Source: Bacteroidota bacterium
GTDB taxonomy: Bacteria; Bacteroidota; Bacteroidia; Chitinophagales; LD1
NCBI GenBank assembly: GCA_016715625.1
Contig: JADJZU010000003.1
Span: forward strand, 67,292-131,291
DNA: 64,000 nucleotides
Reading direction: 5' to 3'
The translations under genes were made by a program, and so were the position numbers. Below the pieces are notes generated by a model that saw only the letters and a list, made by a program, of their open reading frames with translations, was not told where the DNA came from and made no database searches. Positions 1 through 10,101 of this stretch are shown piece after piece (position 1 is the stretch's first letter; each line of letters begins with the position of its first letter).

Positions 1-417
1 TTTGGTGCTGGTTTTGCAATTGCGGACGGTTTCGAATCTTCAGGACTGAGCAACATCATGGCCACACAACTTTATGGGCTTCAAGGCCTGCCCGATTGGC
101 TTATTCTACTAGGCATAGCCCTTACAGTCACCATATTAAGCGAGTTCGCTAGCAACACGGCCAGCGTTCAGTTGGTATTGCCGGTGGTTATTCCTTTGGC
201 TGCAGTATTAGGTATGAACCCATTGCTGTTAATGCTGACCGCTACGTTTAGCGCTTCCTTGGGTTTCATGCTGCCGGTTGCTACATCAGCTAATACCATA
301 GTATATGGCACGGGTGAAATCAAAACCCGAGATATGATGCGAGTAGGGATACTTTTAGATTTTATAGGGGTTGGACTAATAACGGTGCTCATGCACATTG
401 CAGGCCGTTTTTTATAA
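1..417 (+). CDS. DASS/SLC13-type anion:sodium symporter, C-terminal part (5' end outside window)
   Basis: Frame 1 is open from base 1 (FGAGFAIADGFESSGLSNIM...) and runs into ORF 58..417. The protein is very hydrophobic and has the SNTA...MLPVATxxNxIVYG hairpin motif typical of the C-terminal half of DASS transporters. Confidence 0.7.
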   Translation, partial: FGAGFAIADGFESSGLSNIMATQLYGLQGLPDWLILLGIALTVTILSEFASNTASVQLVLPVVIPLAAVLGMNPLLLMLTATFSASLGFMLPVATSANTIVYGTGEIKTRDMMRVGILLDFIGVGLITVLMHIAGRFL

Positions 418-425
418 AGGTGGAG

Positions 426-998
426 CTAGCCCAAACGTTTTAGCATTAAATCTTCCACAGCATCCATCAAATGGGCAGGTAAAATTTTTCGCCACAAAAA
501 GTCATTATACTTTTCTCCGAAGAACACATAATTGTCGATACCCGCTGAACGCATCTCCAACAACAGATGCTGTCTAAAATTCAAGGCCACTATCCACCCG
601 CCTACATCTTTTATCTCCTCATTCCATTCTTCATAATACAAATCATCGCTAGCGTGAAAATTGAGCACATTTTCTCCTATCAAAAGAAACTTATGAATAC
701 CTGCATGAAGTAAAGAATCTATCAACCCTTTTCGCAATTCCATAATGTCGTTATGCACGGCATCGTTCCACTCTCCTATTAGTTCTATCACGGCAAAATG
801 TGTATCGTAATCCGCGAATAGAATTTTGCAAAAGAGTGTACTGGAACCAAAATTATCCCACTGCGGATGAATGACGTAGTTGTAAATTTTATTAGAGAAA
901 TGAAATTCGCTGTATTCCACGCCATAAAAAGGAGAATGCCTGTCCTCCTCTGAGGTGTACTCATCGCGCCACATATAAAACGGTTCAATGTCGTGCAT
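426..998 (-). CDS. conserved hypothetical protein (190 aa, acidic and aromatic-rich)
   Basis: Uninterrupted 190-aa ORF with an ATG start that fills the gap between neighbouring genes. I cannot assign any motif. Confidence 0.55.
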   Translation of the reverse strand: MHDIEPFYMWRDEYTSEEDRHSPFYGVEYSEFHFSNKIYNYVIHPQWDNFGSSTLFCKILFADYDTHFAVIELIGEWNDAVHNDIMELRKGLIDSLLHAGIHKFLLIGENVLNFHASDDLYYEEWNEEIKDVGGWIVALNFRQHLLLEMRSAGIDNYVFFGEKYNDFLWRKILPAHLMDAVEDLMLKRLG

Positions 999-1053
999 GA
1001 TGCAATATTACGAAGGTTAATAATTGGAGTAGGCAATCTGAAATAAAAAAATG

Positions 1054-1084
1054 TTTGCAGAAGGCTGCTATCAGGCTAAGTTTG
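1054..1084 (+). promoter_or_regulatory. Bacteroidota sigma-A type promoter (TTTG-N19-TAAGTTTG) upstream of copA
   Basis: Exact -33 TTTG (1054-1057) and -7 TAnnTTTG (1077-1084) with a 19-nt spacer. The GTG start at 1089 lies only 4 nt downstream. Confidence 0.5.
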
Positions 1085-1088
1085 CCGA

Positions 1089-3294
1089 GTGTCAAAAAGC
1101 TTAACAAGAAACTTTCCGGTTTATGGTATGACATGCGCATCCTGCGCTGTAAATGTGGAAACGACTCTTCGCAAACAATCAGGCATCGAACACGTTTCCG
1201 TCAATTTTGCCGATAACAGCGCAACCATTTCATACAACAATCTTTGCAATCTACAACAGATACAACAAGCAGTGGCATCAGCCGGCTACCAAATGGATGT
1301 GAGAGAAAATGTATCCCCGGAAGAAGTGGAAGCAAAACGGCAAGAAGAGTTTTGAAGCTACGCAAAAACATGATACTCGCAGCCATACTTGCATTTCCGG
1401 TATTTGTATTAGGCATGTTTTTCCATCACTTACCTGCCGGCCGTTGGATTTCTATGATCCTTAGTGCGATAGTTGTGTTTGGCTTAGGGAGGCACTTTTT
1501 TTTACAGGCATATAAGCAGTTGATTCAACTGAAAGCCAATATGGATACGCTGGTAGCAGTAAGCACCGGAACTTCATTCTTTTTCAGTGTATTCAACACC
1601 ATTTTTCCGGAAGTGCTGCAACAAAAAGGACTACCTGCCGATGTCTATTTTGAAAGTGCTGCTGTCATTACAGCCTTTATTCTGTTTGGAAAGTATCTGG
1701 AAGAAAAAGCTAAGTCGAATACTTCAGCTGCTTTAAAAATGCTCGTTGGCCTGCAGCCAAAAACAGTAGTGGCCATTAGGAAAAACGCTGAAGTAGTCAT
1801 TAAAGCCGAGGAGATTTTGCCTAATGATTTAATTCTGATTAAACCAGGCGAAAAAATACCGGTAGATGGTCAAGTAGTGAATGGCCATTCTTATGTCGAT
1901 GAGAGTATGATAAGCGGTGAGCCCATGGCACAAGAAAAAGAACCATCTTCTAAAGTATTTGCTGGAACTATAAATACCAATGGCAGTTTGACCATTCAGG
2001 CTCTCAAAATTGGGAAAGATACCATGCTAGGGCAAATCATAAAAGCCGTGCGCGATGCGCAAAGCGGGAAAGCGCCAGTACAGAAGATTGTTGACAAAGT
2101 TGCAACTGTTTTCGTGCCCGCTGTTATCGGAATTGCTACACTTACTTTTGTCACTTGGTGGCTGGTAGGTGGCACATCCTATCTGCTTCACGGATTTGTA
2201 TCCGCCATTAGCGTATTGGTAATTGCCTGCCCTTGCGCCCTTGGCTTGGCCACGCCTACTGCCATTATGGTAGGAGTTGGAAAAGGCGCTGAGAACGGCA
2301 TTCTCATAAGGAATATTGAAGCATTGGAGAAGGTAAAGAACATCGATATAGTTCTTTTAGATAAAACGGGAACCATTACACAAGGACATCCGGAAGTTAC
2401 AGAACTCCTATGGCAAACAAGTGTTAATATCCAAAACAAGCCGCTATTTTTTCTGCCATTGAAAAACGTTCGGAGCATCCTCTGGCTGGGGCGGTGGTAA
2501 GATACTTGCAGGCAGATAACAGCGCTATAGAAATCTTAGATTTCAAAACAATAGCTGGTAAGGGAGTGCAGGCAAGGGTGAATGGCAAACAATACTTTGC
2601 CGGTAATGAAAAGTGGATAAAAGAAAAACTGGTTTGGTTGACGACTAAGCAACAAGAAATAGCGAATGAACTTAGAAGCAAAGGAAACACCGTTTTGTTT
2701 TTTGCAGAGAATGCTGACTTATTGGCTATCGTAGCCTTATCTGATGCTGTTAAAATCACCTCGACTGCCGCAATCAAAAAATTAAAGCAACAACGCGAGG
2801 TAGTTATGTTAACAGGGGACAGTACCCAAACTGCTGCAATTGTTGCTAAAAAGGTAGGCATTGATAATTATTATGCCGATTTATTGCCGGCCGACAAAGC
2901 AAGACATGTAATGCAACTGAAAGCCCAAGACAAATGTGTTGCCATGGTGGGCGATGGCATCAACGATAGTGAGGCAATGGCAAAAGCTGACATCAGTATG
3001 GCCATGGGAAAAGGGACTGATATCGCTATGAGTGTAGCAGACTTTACACTCATTCGCTCCGATCTTTCTGCTATAGATACAGCAATCAAACTCTCCTCGC
3101 TCATTGTTTCGACCATTCACCAAAATTTATTTTGGGCATTCATCTACAATCTTGTTAGCATACCTCTGGCGGCAGGTGTATTGTTCCCATTCACCGGATT
3201 TCAGTTGGACCCGATGATTGCCAGCGCGGCTATGGCTTTAAGTTCGGTATCGGTGATTACCAACAGTCTTTTATTGAAAACAAAAAAACTATAA
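1089..3294 (+). pseudogene. copA: P1B-type heavy-metal (copper) translocating ATPase, split into three frames by two frameshifts
   Basis: ORF 1089..1355 carries the HMA motif GMTCASC. ORF 1244..2500 carries the TM CPC motif and DKTGT. ORF 2494..3294 carries GDGINDS and the C-terminal TMs. The protein continues in family-typical sequence across both junctions (T4 at 1350-1353; window 2428-2452 including T6 at 2447-2452). Confidence 0.85.
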
Positions 3295-3353
3295 GACTTA
3301 AGCCATTCCTTAACAATGCCAAAGGCTTCTGTATACTTGCATAAATAACATGT

Positions 3354-3822
3354 ATGAAAAAAGATTGCTGTTTTTCCCGGTTCATTTGATCCCATTACAG
3401 TGGGGCATGCTGATATTGTAAAAAGAGCGCTACCCTTGTTTGATGAAATCATCATCGCCATCGGCACCAATTCGCAAAAGCAAACGCTGTATAGTTTAGA
3501 ACAGCGAATCGACTGGATTAAGAAAGTGTTTGAGGGAGAACGCAAAGTAAAAGTAGAAAGCTATGAAGGATTAACGGTTAACTTTTGCGAAGAAAAGAAT
3601 GCAAGCTACCTGCTTCGCGGTATCAGAAGTTCGGCCGATTTTGAGTATGAAAAAACGATTGCTCACCTTAACAACGATATGATGCCCGGGCTGGAAACTA
3701 TTCTTATTCTCTCCAAGCCCGAACTCTCATCCATTTCCTCCACCATTGTGCGCGAAATCATAAAAGGAAAGGGAAAGGTGAGCAAATTTGTACCGAAGAT
3801 TATTGCCAAAGACTTTCGATAA
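3354..3822 (+). pseudogene. coaD: phosphopantetheine adenylyltransferase, with an apparent 1-nt insertion in an A6 run directly after the ATG
   Basis: ORF 3400..3822 begins inside the conserved motif. Removing one A from A6 (3357-3362) gives MKKIAVFPGSFDPITVGHADIV, the canonical PPAT N-terminus (GSFDPxTxGH), from the ATG at 3354. Confidence 0.8.
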
Positions 3823-3825
3823 ACT

Positions 3826-4488
3826 ATGCACTATAATGTAGCCTTATTTCTCCTGATGTTTGTTCAACTGCAAGCTGTATCGCAGGTACAACCTAGTAAT
3901 CGCACAATTGCAACCCTTCAATTGACCGACTTAAAAAAGGGAGCACTTGTGGTCCGCTTAAAAACCAATGAAAACAGCGTAAATGCCTACCGCAAAGCCG
4001 GAAGAAACGATATTGCAGACAGAATAATACGTGAAAGAGAAGCTCAAAACATGAAACTGATTGATGCATTCCGTTCATCGTTTGATTTTTGTAAGGTTTA
4101 TTTCATCATGACAAAGAATTCTAAAGCATTGTTAGAAGGCAAAAGAGATGTCTTTGTCAACGACAATCTTTTACCGGACAGCAGTATTGTATTAGAAGGC
4201 AATAATTTTTTATTTGCTGAGTATGGAAGCATTACCACCAATGTGGTGAAAGATGATTATCACTACAGCAATGTAAACAAAACTGAGGCATCCACTAACA
4301 GTGCAAGCACATCGGTTATCTTCATTTCAGATACAACGTTTACACAGTTGCGCGAGCCCTTTCCTTTTTACCAAACTGTATATCTCGACAAATTCGACAA
4401 GGCAGTAGACCGACTCAACCGAGCACTTTACAAAAGCTATTATAACTTAGTGGAAGTGGCAGATATGAAACAGAAATGGAAGAAGTAG
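3826..4488 (+). CDS. hypothetical secreted protein
   Basis: 220-aa ORF with an N-terminal signal-like segment (ALFLLMFVQLQAVSQ), tightly packed between coaD and lipB. Confidence 0.55.
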   Translation: MHYNVALFLLMFVQLQAVSQVQPSNRTIATLQLTDLKKGALVVRLKTNENSVNAYRKAGRNDIADRIIREREAQNMKLIDAFRSSFDFCKVYFIMTKNSKALLEGKRDVFVNDNLLPDSSIVLEGNNFLFAEYGSITTNVVKDDYHYSNVNKTEASTNSASTSVIFISDTTFTQLREPFPFYQTVYLDKFDKAVDRLNRALYKSYYNLVEVADMKQKWKK

Positions 4489-4489
4489 T

Positions 4490-5149
4490 ATGCCCTCAAT
4501 AGAAGTTCTTGATTTAGGGATAAACCCCTACCAACATATTTTGAAACTGCAGGAAAAACTTTTCCATGCCAACCTCGAGTGCAAAGACCATAATCGTCCT
4601 ACACAAAACACTATAATACTCTGTGAACATCACCCGGTATATACGCTCGGAAAAAGTGGAAAACGTGAAAATATCCTGGTAAGCGATGAAGAGCTGGCGA
4701 CAGAATACTACCATGTGAACAGAGGTGGAGATGTTACATTTCATGGCCCCGGTCAACTAGTAGTCTACCCCATTCTCGATTTGGAAACATTAGGTATTGG
4801 TCTGGCGCAATACATCTTCAAACTAGAACAGGTAGTTATTGAAACATTGCTGCAGTACAAGATAAACTGTGTTCGAATAGAGAATGCAGCAGGGTTATGG
4901 ATTATTGATGAGATGAATAATGAGCGAAAAATCTGTGCTATTGGTGTAAAATCAAGCAGGCACATTACTATGCATGGCATAGCCATCAACTTAAATACGG
5001 ATTTGAGCTGGTTTAGCAAAATCATCCCCTGTGGACTGCAAGGTAAAGGAGTTACCTCACTTGAAAAAGAAACGGGCAATAAGGTAAATATGAATGCATT
5101 TAAAAAAGTGTTCGAAAACACCTTCAAACGGGAATTTAATTTTCGCTAA
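4490..5149 (+). CDS. lipB: lipoyl(octanoyl) transferase
   Basis: Motifs RGGDVTFHGPGQLVVYP and KICAIGVK, and a size (219 aa) typical of LipB. Confidence 0.85.
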   Translation: MPSIEVLDLGINPYQHILKLQEKLFHANLECKDHNRPTQNTIILCEHHPVYTLGKSGKRENILVSDEELATEYYHVNRGGDVTFHGPGQLVVYPILDLETLGIGLAQYIFKLEQVVIETLLQYKINCVRIENAAGLWIIDEMNNERKICAIGVKSSRHITMHGIAINLNTDLSWFSKIIPCGLQGKGVTSLEKETGNKVNMNAFKKVFENTFKREFNFR

Positions 5150-6489
5150 TCTTCATTCTTACGTAAACTCTCGATAAAATCGCGCACCGCAGCTACACTT
5201 ACTGTTTTATCTTCAAAAAACTTTTTTGCAGCTTCCGATTCCTCTTGAGTCGCTTTCAAACCAGCCAAAATGTTGGTCAAATGCATTTTCATGTGCCCGG
5301 CTTGAATGCCCACTGTGGTTAATGATCGGAGTGCAGCAAAATTTTGTGCCAGCCCAACAGTGGCGATAATCTCCATCAACTTTTTAGCGTTGGGACTCCC
5401 CAATAATTCCAGTGACCTTTTGGCCAGTGGATGCAAAGACGTTAAGCCTCCAACAGTACCCACGGCAATTGGAATATCTAACCAAAACCGGAATACTCCA
5501 TCTTCCACTTTGCAATGAGAAAGACTACGATAAACGCCATCGCGACAAGCATAAGTGTGTGCACAGCTTTCCACCGCTCTAAAATCATTTCCGGTGGCTA
5601 TAACAACGGAATCAATTCCATTCATAATTCCTTTGTTGTGAGTAGTAGCACGGTAAGGATCTATACGGGCAATATTTACAGCACGTTCAAATTTTGCAGC
5701 AAACTCTTCAGCATTCAAAGCACCATTATCAAATGTCCCCAACTCTTCCACTTTACAACTCACTTCGGCTCTCACCAGGCACTCCGGGGTATAATTGGAA
5801 AGAATACACATCACTATCTCCAAAGCTTTCTCCTGCTCGGTGAAAAGCTTGGAAGCCACGACTTTCTCTTGCAGAAGTTTGCCAAACTCTTCCAAACAGC
5901 TATTGATAAAATTGGCCCCCATACTATCCACTGTTTCAAAATAGGCCCGCAACTGATAATAATCTTTCTCCAAATCGGTGAAGTCGAAAATTTCCATATC
6001 CAGGACTCCTCCTCCCCTTTCATCCATCTTGGCTGTAATTTGTTTTACGCCCAACTTCAGGTCGTTTTTTATCTCTTGGAAAAAACCGAACAATTTTTGC
6101 TTATCTCCTTTGTAGATGAAGTGTACTTGTCCCACTTTTTTTGTTGATAAAACTGCCGCTTTAAAACCACCGCGAGTGCTCCAATATTTAGCTGCATTGG
6201 CGGCAGCTGCTACTACGCTGCTTTCTTCGGTCACCATGGGTACCGCAAAAATTTCACCGTTGATCTTGAAGTTAGGGGCTATCCCAAACGGCACCGGAAA
6301 GTTAGTCAGTGTATTCTCGCTAAATCCATCCAACAATTTCTGAGCTTCCACATTATCATGCCAATACTCCGCAAACTCTTTTACTACCTCCACCGGATTG
6401 GCGTATAGAAAATTCTTTGCCAGCCAAACGATTTTGTCTCGTTTGGTCATTTTAGAAAACCCGGCAATCTCCTTTTCGTTCTCCTGCAT
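5146..6489 (-). CDS. mvaA: class II hydroxymethylglutaryl-CoA reductase
   Basis: PMVTEESSVVAAAANAAK, DSMGANFIN and GTVGG motifs match class II (Pseudomonas mevalonii-type) HMGR. I chose the internal ATG at 6489 (MQENEKEIAGFSK...); the ORF is open up to a TTG at 6552. Confidence 0.8.
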   Translation of the reverse strand: MQENEKEIAGFSKMTKRDKIVWLAKNFLYANPVEVVKEFAEYWHDNVEAQKLLDGFSENTLTNFPVPFGIAPNFKINGEIFAVPMVTEESSVVAAAANAAKYWSTRGGFKAAVLSTKKVGQVHFIYKGDKQKLFGFFQEIKNDLKLGVKQITAKMDERGGGVLDMEIFDFTDLEKDYYQLRAYFETVDSMGANFINSCLEEFGKLLQEKVVASKLFTEQEKALEIVMCILSNYTPECLVRAEVSCKVEELGTFDNGALNAEEFAAKFERAVNIARIDPYRATTHNKGIMNGIDSVVIATGNDFRAVESCAHTYACRDGVYRSLSHCKVEDGVFRFWLDIPIAVGTVGGLTSLHPLAKRSLELLGSPNAKKLMEIIATVGLAQNFAALRSLTTVGIQAGHMKMHLTNILAGLKATQEESEAAKKFFEDKTVSVAAVRDFIESLRKNED

Positions 6490-6632
6490 AATTGGCGCGA
6501 ATGTAATTTCCGATTCGAAATTTGAATAAGATATTCTACTGCTTTTGGTCAATCCGCAATGAGGCTAATTAAATTTGACGGAAGAATCCGTTAAAAATCA
6601 GCAAAGAGAAATAGAGAAGTAATCTTAGCAAC

Positions 6633-6640
6633 TACATTTG
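6633..6640 (+). promoter_or_regulatory. -7 promoter box TACATTTG upstream of the histidine kinase gene
   Basis: Exact TAnnTTTG match ending 5 nt before the ATG at 6645. No clear -33 box. Confidence 0.35.
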
Positions 6641-6644
6641 TGAC

Positions 6645-8231
6645 ATGAACATCCGTCATATCAATTTCATTATTGCGGCCATTTCTGTTGCGCTCTTAGG
6701 ACTCATTTTTATTCAAATTAACTGGATAAAACAAAACTATCAGGTGCGCGAAGAGCGGTTTGATCAGGGCGTGTATCTCGCTTTGAATCATGTTGCACAC
6801 AGTATTGAACGAGATGAAGCCGTTAATTATTTTGAAAGTTCAGGATTAAACGATTTTGGCAGAAACATCAACAAGATGTATGATACGGTGCAGAGCATTA
6901 AGGCCTACACCCCCGGTTTTCAGCTGGTGGATTCTATTGGACAACATGCTATGAAGTTTGGGTTCAGCGACAGTAGCGGCTCCTTTGTTTCCAAGTTTAT
7001 GGGAACCATCACTTATGTAAAAGAGAAAGCAGAAAAGCTACACGAACAACAGATAAGTAAGGATGTTCAAATGATGGGCGATGTAGACCGTGAAAGGCAC
7101 ATCATTGAAATGCAATTTGCCAAATACAATCGCATGTTTCAGGATTTGGCCATGCAATTCATGTTAGATGACAAATGCCTGACCAACCGAATTACAAAAG
7201 ATCAGGTACAGCTAATGATGGAAGAAGAGTTCAAAAAAGAGGGAATCAATACTCCTTTCCAGTTTGCCATGTTTGATAACTGGTCTCCCGGTATGCTTTT
7301 TGGAACCTTAAACATTACAAAAGAGCAAGCCCAATCCACTAATTTTTACAGCATACCGCTCTTTGCGAATGATCTCTACGAAAACTCTGGTTACCTCGTT
7401 GTTACATTTCCCGATAAACAGAACTATATTTTTCAAAGTATGTGGCTGATGCTTTCCGCTACATTGGCATTTGTCTTAATCATTTTGGCATCGTTTGGTG
7501 GTTCGTTTTACATTATTTATCGTCAAAAAAAGTTGGACGAATTGAAGACAGACTTCATCAACAATATGACCCATGAGTTTAAAACTCCGGTAGCCACCAT
7601 TTCGCTGGCCAGTCAAATGTTGAAGAAAGACAGAGTAATTGAAAACAAAGAGAAAATTCTGAATTACTCCAACATCATAGACGAAGAAAACAAGCGACTA
7701 AGCGGACATATTGAGAATGTGCTGCAGGTGGCACGACTCGATCGTGGTGAGTTTAAGCTGAATAAAGAATCGGTGAACATGAACCAACTGATTGACGACA
7801 TTGCCGATTCGTTGGAGTTAAGATTACAGAGCGAAAATGGAACTATTACTAAAAAACTATTGGCCGAAAATCCGGTTATTCAGGCCGACATTTTCCATAT
7901 CACCAACGCATTGCATAACATTTTTGACAATGCAATTAAGTACAGAAAGGAAGACTTATTGAAAATATCGGTTGCTACACGAAGCGATTCAAAAGGTGTA
8001 TATGTATCTATAGAGGACAACGGGATAGGCATCTCCAAGGAAAATCAGAAAAAGATATTTGAAAAATTTTATCGGGTTCCTACCGGAAACATTCACAATG
8101 TAAAAGGTTTTGGACTAGGCCTTAGCTACGTCAAAGTATTGGTGGATGCGCATCATGGCACCATAAAAGTATCCAGCGACATAGGGAAAGGGACACGTTT
8201 CGAAATATTTTTACCCTTTAAAACGACCTAA
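6645..8231 (+). CDS. membrane sensor histidine kinase (RprX-like)
   Basis: N-terminal TM, a second TM near residue 270, H-box HEFKTP, N-box DNAIKY, G1 DNGIGI and G2 GFGLGL. Confidence 0.85.
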   Translation: MNIRHINFIIAAISVALLGLIFIQINWIKQNYQVREERFDQGVYLALNHVAHSIERDEAVNYFESSGLNDFGRNINKMYDTVQSIKAYTPGFQLVDSIGQHAMKFGFSDSSGSFVSKFMGTITYVKEKAEKLHEQQISKDVQMMGDVDRERHIIEMQFAKYNRMFQDLAMQFMLDDKCLTNRITKDQVQLMMEEEFKKEGINTPFQFAMFDNWSPGMLFGTLNITKEQAQSTNFYSIPLFANDLYENSGYLVVTFPDKQNYIFQSMWLMLSATLAFVLIILASFGGSFYIIYRQKKLDELKTDFINNMTHEFKTPVATISLASQMLKKDRVIENKEKILNYSNIIDEENKRLSGHIENVLQVARLDRGEFKLNKESVNMNQLIDDIADSLELRLQSENGTITKKLLAENPVIQADIFHITNALHNIFDNAIKYRKEDLLKISVATRSDSKGVYVSIEDNGIGISKENQKKIFEKFYRVPTGNIHNVKGFGLGLSYVKVLVDAHHGTIKVSSDIGKGTRFEIFLPFKTT

Positions 8232-8314
8232 TCCTTTTGTTAAGAAACCTTAAGGAATACTGTTTGTTAAAAAAATGGCTCCACGTTTGTTTTAACAAAT
8301 GAAAAATAACTAAA

Positions 8315-9008
8315 ATGAACAGCCAAAAGAAAAAAGTATTACTGGTGGAAGACGACACCAATCTTGGTAATTTACTTCAAGATGCCCTGGATGACAAAAA
8401 TTTCGAGGTAGTGCTTAAAAGAAATGGAGAAGACGGTTTCCATGAGTTTAAAGCCAATCGTTTTGATATTTGCATACTTGACGTGATGATGCCCAAAAAG
8501 GATGGATTTACCCTGGCGAGCGAAATCAGGAAAATGAACAGTCAGATTCCTATTATTTTTCTCACCGCCAAAGCCATGAAAGAAGATACCATTCAAGGCT
8601 TAAAACTGGGAGCCGATGATTATATTACCAAGCCTTTTAGCATGGAAGAATTGACCTTAAGAATGGAAAACATTTTTAAGCGATTACCCAAGGAAGAATT
8701 AAACACTAAAAATGAGTTCACCATCGGTAAATTCGATTTCAACAACACCTTACGCACATTGAAAATCGGAAGCAAGGAAACCAAACTCACTACCAAAGAA
8801 TCGGAGCTTTTAAAAATCCTTGCGCTTTACCAGGATAAACTCTTACCAAGGGAAGTAGCACTAAACACAGTGTGGGGCACAGATTCCTACTTTGCGGGCC
8901 GACATGGATGTATATATTGCAAAACTTCGCAAATATTTGAAAGATGATGCCAACGTAGAAATCATTAACGTTCATGGTAATGGATTTAAAATGGTGCTTA
9001 AGAAGTAA
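8315..9008 (+). pseudogene. OmpR/PhoB-family response regulator (RprY-like), frameshifted in the winged-helix domain
   Basis: Receiver domain (LLVEDD, DVMMPKKDG, TAK). ORF 8315..8947 ends in out-of-frame sequence. Switching frame at 8894-8905 gives MDVYIAKLRKYLKDDANVEIINVHGNGFKMVLKK with a stop at 9006-9008. Confidence 0.8.
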
Positions 9009-9032
9009 CACCTTCCCATCCTCATACAGATA

Positions 9033-9066
9033 AGCGGCACCTAAATTGGGTGCCGCTTTGTTTTTG
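9033..9066 (+). terminator. rho-independent terminator after the response regulator gene
   Basis: Stem AAGCGGCAC / GTGCCGCTT with a 9-nt loop, followed by TGTTTTT. Confidence 0.7.
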
Positions 9067-9072
9067 GGCCCA

Positions 9073-9102
9073 TTTGGGTTTTAATTGGAAAAATTACTTT
9101 TG
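9073..9102 (+). promoter_or_regulatory. Bacteroidota promoter (TTTG-N18-TACTTTTG) upstream of the Lys-rich/DksA-like gene
   Basis: -33 TTTG at 9073-9076 and an exact TAnnTTTG at 9095-9102. The ATG at 9120 lies 17 nt downstream. Confidence 0.55.
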
Positions 9103-9119
9103 CGGCCTCATTTTAATCT

Positions 9120-10028
9120 ATGGCGACCTTTAAAGGATTAGTAAGCACCGTTAAAAACATTCTAAACATGGCAAAAGGAAAAGACAAGAAGAAGAGTACA
9201 GTGAAAGCAAAGCCTATTTCGAAACCAAAACCGGCAGCTAAAAAGGCTAAAGCCAAGCCCGAGCTAAAAAGTGAGCAAACCAGTGGCTAAAAAGAAAGTA
9301 GCAGCCAGCAAAAAACCGATAGCCAAAAAGCAGCTAAACCCGTAGCCAAGAAAAAAGCAGTGGTTAAGCCTATAAAAAAAGTGTTGAAAAAAGTAGCTCC
9401 CAAAGCGAAACCCATAGCGAAGAAAATTGTAAAACCTGCTAAACCTGCTCCAAAAAAGATTGCGCAGAAAGCAGTTGCTAAACCGGTAGCTCCTAAAGCA
9501 GTTGCCGCTAAGCCAGCCCCTGTAAAATCTAAACCGGTAGTGCAGGCGAAAGCACCAATAAAAAAATCAAAGCCTGTGCAGACAAATGATAACCTACATC
9601 GTTATAGTGACGAAGATTTGAAAGAATTCAAAACGCTGATTGACAAAAAACTGAATGCCGCCCGCGAAGAACTCGCATACTTGAAAGATGCTTTGGACAA
9701 CCATACTGATAGCCAAGCAGGGAACAAGGCGTGGAATATGGAGGAAGGAACAGATACATCTGAAATGGAAACGCTCATGAATCAGATAAGCCGCCAGCAC
9801 ACGTATATCCGAAATCTGGAACTAGCGTTGGTAAGAGTTGAAAATAAAACATATGGAATTTGCAGATCTACCGGGCAACTCATCCCCAAAGAAAGACTTC
9901 GCGTAGTTCCTCATGCCACTCTTTGCCTAGAAGCCAAGATGAGCCGAAAGAAAGAAGACTCACAAGGCAGCGAACAATCAGCCACCTCTGCGCCACCGGC
10001 AGATTTTGCTGAAAACTTCGAAGATTAA
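9120..10028 (+). pseudogene. DksA/TraR-family protein with a long Lys/Ala/Pro-rich (histone H1-like) N-terminal extension; two compensating frame breaks in A5 runs
   Basis: ORF 9360..10028 ends with the Bacteroidota DksA-like module (RYSDEDLKEFKTLI...ENKTYGICRSTGQLIPKERLRVVPHATLCLEAK). The K/A/P-rich reading continues upstream in frame 0 (9120-9269), frame 1 (9271-9329) and frame 0 again, switching at A5 9266-9270 and A5 9325-9329. Confidence 0.55.
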
Positions 10029-10033
10029 TATTC

Positions 10034-10066
10034 AAAAAAAGCCGTCACTAATCTGACGGCTTTTTT
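10034..10066 (+). terminator. rho-independent terminator
   Basis: A-run, stem GCCGTCA / TGACGGC with a 6-nt loop, then TTTTTT. Confidence 0.75.
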
Positions 10067-10101
10067 CGTTGATTCGCTATCAGCAATCCCGTTTTCAAAG
10101 A

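Noticed and set aside
1244-1369. N-terminal 42 codons of ORF 1244..2500 as a genuine protein start
   Set aside because: This part is simply the HMA-domain region read out of frame (MQSTTDTTSSGISRLPNG...). Real CopA sequence in this frame begins only after the frameshift near 1350.
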